Below, one piece after another: positions 57,412-64,000 of a stretch of 64,000 nt of DNA (the first letter of the stretch is position 1; the number at the start of each line of letters is the position of its first letter). This DNA is from a virus (lineage: Duplodnaviria > Caudoviricetes), in the IMG/VR virus record IMGVR_UViG_3300025401_000012. One strand, written 5' to 3'. The translations under genes were made by a program, and so were the position numbers. The notes under the pieces are model-generated. The model saw nothing but the letters and a program-made list of their open reading frames with translations. It was not told the DNA's origin and ran no database searches.

Positions 57412-58287
57412 TTAACGAACTTTGGTACTAATCAAAGATTTAGCGCTAACTGATTTCTCACCAGCACCTTTCTTTTCTGGACCATGTCCAGGTTCTTTCT
57501 TAGTAAAACCTTTTTTGCCAGCATTGCCACCTGGAACATTTAAGTTACCAGCAGCATCTGGATTTGGTGTTACTTTAGGACTAGCTAACCCGCCTTGTGT
57601 ACCACCGCTTGTTGTACTAAAACTTTGTGCAATGTTCTTTGCAGAACCGCCCATATCATTTTTCATATTGTCAATAGTTGACTTTGTATTAACGCCGTTA
57701 TCACCGTGTTTTGGTAGTGGTACTTTGTTAACATACTCGTTCATGTGGTGGTGAACATGGTGCATTACACCTTCTTCTTCCTCTTCCTCATGCTCGCCAG
57801 CACCCATTAAATCAGCTTCTATGTCAGCTGCATGCACGTCACCGTGATGTCCTGGGTCCATTTCTTCTTCGTGTTCTTCGCCTTGTAGCAATTGTTCAAA
57901 TTCTGCTTTTAGGTCTTCTAATGCGTCTTCTAGGTCCATAACGCGATCTTCAATATCGCCTTCACCCTCGCCGTCTTCTTCGCCTTCTTCGTCACCGAAT
58001 GCTGGCTCTTCACCATCTTCTTCACCGTCGTCTTCTGCATCATCTTCTGCATCATCTTCTGGCTCTTCTTCGCCTTCTTCATCACCTACTGATTCTTCTT
58101 CCTCTTCTTCCTCTTCATGTTTCTTGTAAGGATTTCCAGAGTCTTGATTGAAATCAGATTCTAATAATTCTTCGTAGATTTCACGGCTTTTGCCTACTAC
58201 GATATTATGGAAAATTTCTTTTGCTGTTTCTTGATCTTCATTGATCAAAGCTTCTAGCATTGCTTCAAATTGAGCGCGGTCAGTCAT
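57412..58287 (-). CDS. Highly acidic prohead core/internal protein (gp67/68-like position)
   Basis: Glu/Asp-rich low-complexity body with an IYEELLE motif; located between portal and protease; GTAAATA at 58324-58330. Confidence 0.6.
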   Translation of the reverse strand: MTDRAQFEAMLEALINEDQETAKEIFHNIVVGKSREIYEELLESDFNQDSGNPYKKHEEEEEEEESVGDEEGEEEPEDDAEDDAEDDGEEDGEEPAFGDEEGEEDGEGEGDIEDRVMDLEDALEDLKAEFEQLLQGEEHEEEMDPGHHGDVHAADIEADLMGAGEHEEEEEEGVMHHVHHHMNEYVNKVPLPKHGDNGVNTKSTIDNMKNDMGGSAKNIAQSFSTTSGGTQGGLASPKVTPNPDAAGNLNVPGGNAGKKGFTKKEPGHGPEKKGAGEKSVSAKSLISTKVR

Positions 58288-58390
58288 GTTTAATCTCCTG
58301 TGATATGGTTCAAGGCTGTCTATTATTTACACTTTTATTAAAAAAGAGTATGGATATAGGCAAAAAACGACCTTTTTTAGCCTTTTTTTG

Positions 58391-58633
58391 TTATTGTGCA
58401 GGTGCTGCCGGTGGAGCAGCGTACATCGAATGAATAAATTCTAATTCGCTTTCTTGTTCTAGTATATGTGCTTCTGTACTTTTACGTAGTTCGTTAATTT
58501 GTCTTAATGTTAATCTAGTCTTACGTGTATCGTCTCGATGTAAAACGCTCGAGTCACGGGTTGGCTCGTATCGCAAATCATTTGCTACATGCCTTGTATC
58601 TGGATCAATATAAAACAATTCTCTTAAAATCAT
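58391..58633 (-). CDS. Small hypothetical head-module protein; true start probably ATG 58633, not 58774
   Basis: MILRELFY...RKTRLTLRQINELRK...; the longer call overlaps the portal gene; CATAAATA at 58638-58645. Confidence 0.7.
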   Translation of the reverse strand: MILRELFYIDPDTRHVANDLRYEPTRDSSVLHRDDTRKTRLTLRQINELRKSTEAHILEQESELEFIHSMYAAPPAAPAQ

Positions 58634-58640
58634 ATTATAT

Positions 58641-60383
58641 TTATGCTCCTGGTGCAGGAGCGGCACCACCGGGACCAGGAGCAGGAGCGGCACCTGGTGC
58701 TGCACCTTCTTCACCTGTTTCTGCTTGCATATCATCTGGTGCAGATAAATCTCCAGCAGCATCCATATCGCCACCTATACCGCTTGCACTAATACCTGCA
58801 CTACGCAATTCACCAGCGGCATCAGTAGTTGTAGGTTGTCCTTTGCCGTTTTCTTCTGCCCACAAGCGTTCGTTTTCTGCTACTTCTTCATCTGTTAAAC
58901 TTAAGAATCGTTTAAGAGCAAAACGTTTACTCATAAATGGAACAGCTTGTATTGTATTAAATGTATTAATACGTTCTGCATCGATGGCAGCTTGACGACT
59001 ACTAGCAAAATTCATTGGAGGATTAAAATTTAATTCAAACAAACTTGAATCAATGTTAAGTCCTTTTCCATGTAAAAACATCTTGAATTCTTCATCAAAT
59101 ACACTAGTCATTAGACTTTGTAAACGTTCACAGTATTTGTTAAAACGTAATTCTTGAATATATGCTGTACCTACTCGACCGTCATTGAAATTACTTTGAC
59201 TGTCGTCTTGTCCAGTAGGCAAATAACTACTTGGAATACGTAAACCACGGAATAATTTGTTGGTAAAGTATTTCAAGTCATCAATTTCGCCAATATTCTT
59301 ACCGCCTTCTAGCATTGTTACGTCGGAACCTTTGCCGTCTGCTGTTTTAGGAAAGAAATAATCTTCATTAATGCTTAGAGGGTTGTATGCAGAGTCTATG
59401 ACGTTCTGTCCGCCACCTGTTTGTGACGGAATACGGCGTTGATGTATTTCATTTTTAACACGTTCTACAAATGCCATAGCCAAGTGACTAGGCATATTAC
59501 CTACGTCAATGTGAAAAACACGACGTTCTGGAGCACGTTGTATACGATAAATTAGAATAGCGTCTTCTAATAATTCTTTTTGTTTGTAAACTTTGTAAAT
59601 ATTTTCTAACAAACTGTTGCCAAATGGATAGTTATTATCTAATCCTTCAGACAAACTTAAATGTACAATATGTTCTGCATTAATAGCATTTTCAGTTTGT
59701 TGTAAACCAAAACGATTACTTGAGCTAGCTCCGCCTCCACCGCCCGAACCTGATCCAGTATATGCCTGTGGACCAGTGCCGCCTCCGCCTGCAGCGCCGC
59801 CATGATTTCTTGGATTTACGTTGGGTGTAATTTGAGTCGCAATCAAATTCATAAAGTTAGGAGCAATGTCTTTAATTACAAATTGTTCAGGTTTTTTACC
59901 TTCGCTTTCATTAACAATCACTTTAATAACTTTACTAGCGTCGATGTAACTCCATTTTTGATTTTCAGGATCTCTGATAAAGAATGCATCGCCAAATTTA
60001 AATGTATTACGAACAATACGAAATATTCTTGTGTCAAATTTTTGTAAGGTATTCCATTGTTGCAAATATTCGCTTAAAATTTTAACTTCGCTGTTAGTGG
60101 CTTTTTGTCGCCATTTAATAGCAAACGGATTCTTACTGTCTTTAAGTTTCTGAGTACAAAATTCTGCTAAAATATCTAAAGCTGCATTGACTTCTGGATC
60201 GCTATCCATTACTTCGTATTGTTGATAGCGTTCAATACGATTTGGACTTCCAGAGTACACATCGGGCAAATAACTGGAATAATTGCTCCTAGCAGGTCCT
60301 GGACGGTTTCCGCTATTTTGTCCGCTAATAGTGCTCACTTGGCCATTAATAGCTACTGGAGAGAAATATTTTTTCCAACTCAT
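58641..60383 (-). CDS. gp20: Portal vertex protein
   Basis: Y..MD.DPEVNAALD, K.L.LLEDA.LIYRI.RAPERRVF.IDVGNMP...A..FV, EDYFFP...GKGSDVT.L.GG.N.GEIDD.KYF..KL.RGL.IP.S.L, ELRF.KY..RLQ. Confidence 0.97.
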   Translation of the reverse strand: MSWKKYFSPVAINGQVSTISGQNSGNRPGPARSNYSSYLPDVYSGSPNRIERYQQYEVMDSDPEVNAALDILAEFCTQKLKDSKNPFAIKWRQKATNSEVKILSEYLQQWNTLQKFDTRIFRIVRNTFKFGDAFFIRDPENQKWSYIDASKVIKVIVNESEGKKPEQFVIKDIAPNFMNLIATQITPNVNPRNHGGAAGGGGTGPQAYTGSGSGGGGGASSSNRFGLQQTENAINAEHIVHLSLSEGLDNNYPFGNSLLENIYKVYKQKELLEDAILIYRIQRAPERRVFHIDVGNMPSHLAMAFVERVKNEIHQRRIPSQTGGGQNVIDSAYNPLSINEDYFFPKTADGKGSDVTMLEGGKNIGEIDDLKYFTNKLFRGLRIPSSYLPTGQDDSQSNFNDGRVGTAYIQELRFNKYCERLQSLMTSVFDEEFKMFLHGKGLNIDSSLFELNFNPPMNFASSRQAAIDAERINTFNTIQAVPFMSKRFALKRFLSLTDEEVAENERLWAEENGKGQPTTTDAAGELRSAGISASGIGGDMDAAGDLSAPDDMQAETGEEGAAPGAAPAPGPGGAAPAPGA

Positions 60384-60395
60384 TTGATATCCTTA

Positions 60396-63284
60396 TTAGA
60401 ATCTATTACCACTTATAGATTTTGTTGCCTTAACTTGTGCTTGAGCATGCGACGCTGTTTCTTTAGTAGCTGCTAACAAGTGTGTCATAGTTGTATTTAA
60501 GTGTTCTAGACTCTTGTGAACTTCTTTTAGAGTAATTTCTCCAGTGGCTTTTTCAGCAGGATGATCTTTAGCTTTTTTGGCTTCTTCTGCTTTTTTGGCT
60601 TCTTCTGCTTTTTTGGCTTCTTCTGCTTCTTTCTTTTTAACTTCTTCGTCTGTGGGTTTTAATTTAGTTGCACTTGCGCTAATACTTTTAACATCTGGAG
60701 CTTTGATATTAGCAAACATATCGCCCCACATGTCCATACTACCGACATCTTTGACTTTGGCTGTTGAATTTTGCGCATTTTCCATGTCACGTTTGATCAA
60801 CTCATCCGTAGTCATGTCTTTTACATCTTTAATTTTAGCTGTTGAATTTTGCGCATTTTCCATGTCACGTTTGATCAACTCATCCGTAGTCATGTCTTTT
60901 ACATCTTTGACTTTGGCAATTTCTTCTTTAGCAGAATCTTCATACAGTGCTAATGATAATGTTGTTAAATCTTTGGCGGCTTGTTCTTTGGCGGCTTGTT
61001 CTTCTTCTGAAGATGCTGCTTGAATTTCCGCATATCTAGCCTGAGCTGTTTGGAATTCTTCAGCCATTTTAGCTTGATTGTTAAGTCCGTTTTTATCAAT
61101 ATCATTTAATACATCGAGTCGAGCTTGATCGCTAGCTAAATGTTGTTCAGCGCGAGCTTTTCTTTTTTCAGCTTTAGTAAGTTCTTTTTGCTCTTCGTCA
61201 GTTAATTCTCTTGTAGCTTGTATGTCTTTTAAATCTTTAATTATTTGTGATTTATTAGCAATAGTCTGTTGATCGAACGCAATATCTTCTTTAGCTTGTC
61301 TTTTTTCTTCGCCAATCTTTATAACACTTTGTTCAGCGTAGTTTTTCTTCCATTGCTCTGTATATTGTTTGCTATCATCTTCAGTTACCGACGATTTACC
61401 TGGGCTTGTTGCAGAACTGACAGTAGTATTAACCATATTACTTAATGCACCAATATTTGCACTACCGCTTTCATTTCCTTTGCTCAATGCTTCTGTTGCT
61501 TTAGATAATCCATCTAGTTTAACATTTTGCATTAATGTTTGCATCTTATCATCAGGAATTACATGCTCTTTACCAGCTTCACCTATAATAGCTAATTCGG
61601 CACCTTTAGTTGTAGTTCCTTCTGCATGTTTCTGTATTTTGTTAACTATTCCGTCTGCCATATCAGATATTACACCAGCGCCAGCACCAGCAAGTTCGCC
61701 ACCGCCTTTAGCAATACCACCTAATGCATATCCGGTATCGTTGTCTTTAGTTTTGATTGCTTCATCTTTAGATTTAGGAGATCCACTCTTTGCTCCTGAT
61801 TCAAATCCAATGCGTGTATCTTTTTCTAAAGCTGATCCACTACCAACTGTTTCTTTACCGCCGCCTTCGGCTTCTGATTTATTTCTAGTTACTGAACCTG
61901 GAACAACTACATTGGCAATTTTATTAAGTGCAGGTCCTACTTTTTCATTTAACGGTTTTACAACTTGATTCATGAAAGCGTTATTGACATCACCTGCTGC
62001 TCGGCCTACTTTCAATAATGCATCCGTACTTTCGCTTCCTGCTTTTTTACTACCGTCTGCATTTTTATTTGTTTGTTCTAATTCAACTTGTTTAATTGTT
62101 TCGTCATGAACAGCTCTGGCTTTTTGTTCTTTAGTAAGACCATCTAACTTGCCTTCTCGCTCCATTTTAAGAGTTACTGCTTGTTCAGCTTTATAGTAAG
62201 CTAAATTAGCTGTCATACTATCCATTTGTGACTTACCGGCTGCTGTAGAATCACCTATGGCAGCTAGTTGCAATTTATTTGCATCACGTTGATTTAAACT
62301 ATTTTGTATTCTAGCTTCTTCTAATGCTTTAGTAGTTGCAGCCGCATCGCCACGCTGACTAGCTCTGGCAGCTGCCATAGTAGCTTGTGCTTCTTTACCA
62401 CTCATTGCAACTTGTGTTGCAGCTGCTTCACTTTGTATAGTTCCTGTAGCAAACACTTCTTTAAACATTTGGCCTTGGCCACGAAGTTCTGCTTCTTTTT
62501 GTGCTTTATAATAATTTTCACGAATAGCAGCAGCTTCTTCTTCACTCTTACCCATGGTCAGCAAACGAAGTTTAGCTTCAGCTTGCATGTCAGCCTGTGC
62601 GGCTTTCATTTTTTCTTCTTGTTCTTTACGACTTATACCAGTTAACTTGGCCATGCTGTCCATTTCGGTAGCAAGAGCTGTTGCACTAGCTATGGCTTTT
62701 TTACGCTGTACTTCGTTATCCATGTTGACCGTTTGTTGCATGCCTATTTGCAATGCAAGAACGTCATTCATGTCTTTACTAGTATAACCTAACCGACGAA
62801 GATTATCTGATACTTCGCCATTGTTTTGCATTTCTTGACTTAGTTTAGCAAACTGTTCAGCACCCTTGGCTGCGTTACCGCCCATGCCACTAAAATTACC
62901 TGCATTCTTTTTCATGACATCAGCAAATTCTTCTAATGTCAATCGTGAGCCAGCAGCCGCGGCACTCATACCAACTATGTCATTACTAAAACTAGCACCA
63001 CTATCGCTTAATTTTCGCCAAGTACCAAGCCCGTCAGTGATTGTTCCTTCTACTTTACTATATGCGGTTTTAAGTGCTGATGCAGCTGCACTACCTGCTG
63101 TTAGTGCTTCGCTTAGTGGATTAAAATTCTTGGCTGTTTTTTCTAATGCGCTATCCATTGCTGCAGTGCCACCGCCACCACTGCTACTACCAGAACTGTT
63201 GCCACCGCCTGCGCCTTTTAGTCGTGCGGCTAATCTGTCTAACGACTCGTCACTAAGGTTAACGGTATTATCTTTATCAGCCAT
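60396..63284 (-). CDS. Tape-measure-like protein (962 aa)
   Basis: Ala/Lys/Gln-rich helical sequence; HAEGT...AIIGEAGKEHVIP resembles the GEAGPE.V.P motif of tape measures; TATAAATA at 63308-63315. Confidence 0.65.
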   Translation of the reverse strand: MADKDNTVNLSDESLDRLAARLKGAGGGNSSGSSSGGGGTAAMDSALEKTAKNFNPLSEALTAGSAAASALKTAYSKVEGTITDGLGTWRKLSDSGASFSNDIVGMSAAAAGSRLTLEEFADVMKKNAGNFSGMGGNAAKGAEQFAKLSQEMQNNGEVSDNLRRLGYTSKDMNDVLALQIGMQQTVNMDNEVQRKKAIASATALATEMDSMAKLTGISRKEQEEKMKAAQADMQAEAKLRLLTMGKSEEEAAAIRENYYKAQKEAELRGQGQMFKEVFATGTIQSEAAATQVAMSGKEAQATMAAARASQRGDAAATTKALEEARIQNSLNQRDANKLQLAAIGDSTAAGKSQMDSMTANLAYYKAEQAVTLKMEREGKLDGLTKEQKARAVHDETIKQVELEQTNKNADGSKKAGSESTDALLKVGRAAGDVNNAFMNQVVKPLNEKVGPALNKIANVVVPGSVTRNKSEAEGGGKETVGSGSALEKDTRIGFESGAKSGSPKSKDEAIKTKDNDTGYALGGIAKGGGELAGAGAGVISDMADGIVNKIQKHAEGTTTKGAELAIIGEAGKEHVIPDDKMQTLMQNVKLDGLSKATEALSKGNESGSANIGALSNMVNTTVSSATSPGKSSVTEDDSKQYTEQWKKNYAEQSVIKIGEEKRQAKEDIAFDQQTIANKSQIIKDLKDIQATRELTDEEQKELTKAEKRKARAEQHLASDQARLDVLNDIDKNGLNNQAKMAEEFQTAQARYAEIQAASSEEEQAAKEQAAKDLTTLSLALYEDSAKEEIAKVKDVKDMTTDELIKRDMENAQNSTAKIKDVKDMTTDELIKRDMENAQNSTAKVKDVGSMDMWGDMFANIKAPDVKSISASATKLKPTDEEVKKKEAEEAKKAEEAKKAEEAKKAKDHPAEKATGEITLKEVHKSLEHLNTTMTHLLAATKETASHAQAQVKATKSISGNRF
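60571..60626. repeat. In-frame 18-bp tandem repeat x3 (EEAKKA)
   Basis: gcttttttggcttcttct starts at 60571, 60589 and 60607. Confidence 0.9.
60745..60917. repeat. In-frame 78-bp tandem duplication (26 aa, KDVKDMTTDELIKRDMENAQNSTAK-I/V)
   Basis: Identical 70-nt blocks start at 60761 and 60839; flanking acatctttgactttggc recurs at 60745 and 60901. Confidence 0.9.
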
Positions 63285-63341
63285 AAAAAAATCCTAGAAA
63301 TATACTATATTTATAGGATTTAAAAAGTATGTACTTTATGT

Positions 63342-64000
63342 TTAATAGATGCTATTAGGACCTCTTGGTATGCTAGCAATCTTTTTAACATTTGGATCGT
63401 TTGGATGTTGTTTAATATAAATTTGTACATCGGGTTTCATCATCATTCGATCATCTAATTTGCCATCTGCTCCTACTATGTTATTGCCGTCTATGAATAC
63501 AGCATTAGGATTATCTTCAGGCCTGTTTATTTTACCGAAATCTGTAACTTTTTCATCATCTTCGGCGGCTTTAGGATTTTTTTCTTTCTTAGTAGCTGCC
63601 ATAGCATCAGCATAACCCATACCAGGATGGCCACCGCTGTCTATATATTTGCCTAAAATAGGTATTTCACTTAATAACTGTCTTAGCAAACTCCAAGACT
63701 GATAAGGAATTTCTCCAGCCATAATCAGATAATTTAAACAATGATTAAACATCCAATTTTCAAATGCTTGGCTACGCAAAAATGTTTCAAGTGCTGTGAA
63801 TATAGCTGTTTCTATAGCTAGACCCATGATTGCTGTAAATCCGCCTGTGAAAAAACCTACTCCTAGGGTAACAGCACCCCAAATAACCCGAGCTAAAATC
63901 ATAACTAACTTGGTGTTGGCCAATAGATCTACTAACCAAGGAGTAAAAAATTGTATTTCTGCAAGACCTAAAAAGGCTTTTTCATAGTCAGCAAACTGTT
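63342..64000 (-). CDS. Hypothetical protein with a hydrophobic (possible membrane) segment; 5' end outside the window
   Basis: Frame stays open from 63923 to the window edge (QFADYEKAFLGLAEIQFFTPWLVDLLANTK...); hydrophobic run ILARVIWGAVTLGVGFFTGGFTAIMGLAI. Confidence 0.7.
   Translation of the reverse strand, partial: QFADYEKAFLGLAEIQFFTPWLVDLLANTKLVMILARVIWGAVTLGVGFFTGGFTAIMGLAIETAIFTALETFLRSQAFENWMFNHCLNYLIMAGEIPYQSWSLLRQLLSEIPILGKYIDSGGHPGMGYADAMAATKKEKNPKAAEDDEKVTDFGKINRPEDNPNAVFIDGNNIVGADGKLDDRMMMKPDVQIYIKQHPNDPNVKKIASIPRGPNSIY

Noticed and set aside
58330-58390. A/T-tract inverted repeat (AGGCTAAAAAA...TTTTTTGCCT on minus) after ORF 58391
   Set aside because: Stem is mostly A-U with a bulge; too weak to call a terminator.
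58634-58774. Track start of the small ORF at 58774
   Set aside because: The extension lies inside the portal gene in another frame; ATG 58633 follows a late-promoter motif.
60571-60917. CRISPR-like or origin (iteron) reading of the tandem repeats
   Set aside because: Repeats are in frame within a coding sequence and have no spacers.
6009-63987. Many 60-200 aa ORFs antisense to or nested in the long structural genes (e.g. 7686, 19117, 19699, 20199, 29760, 57422, 60577, 61369, 62866)
   Set aside because: Val/Pro/Leu-rich mirror images of Thr/Gly- or Glu/Lys-rich sense codons; no RBS or promoter context and no motifs.
1-64000. Stop-codon reassignment (alternative genetic code)
   Set aside because: Very long genes such as the 8.7-kb fibre read through uninterrupted in the standard code, and recognisable proteins are full length.

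Overview
The window is a 64-kb, AT-rich segment of a large T4-superfamily myovirus and covers its virion morphogenesis region. No tRNA, CRISPR array, integrase, intron or intein was seen. Most genes are on the minus strand. The head module runs portal gp20, an acidic core protein, protease gp21, scaffold gp22 and major capsid gp23, preceded by a tape-measure-like gene. The tail/neck module has sheath gp18 (enlarged to 1270 aa), tube gp19, a tube-fold baseplate protein, gp4, a gp16-like small terminase, gp13, gp14, gp15, dNMP kinase, a Nudix hydrolase and a degenerate HNH gene. About 40 kb between them encodes tail-fibre/appendage proteins, including giants of 1570, 2329 and 2893 aa. Four observations stand out. 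(1) An array of three Cys/Gly-rich adhesin-like paralogs with two chaperone-like partners. (2) A plus-strand island next to that array encoding a GT9 glycosyltransferase, an SGNH-like protein and a carbamoyltransferase. (3) Short Ser/Thr-rich beta-modules inserted in frame, sometimes nested, into many unrelated structural proteins. (4) Two structured late-gene leaders, one with a switch-like architecture. All assignments come from motif recognition by eye; no database search or folding calculation was run.
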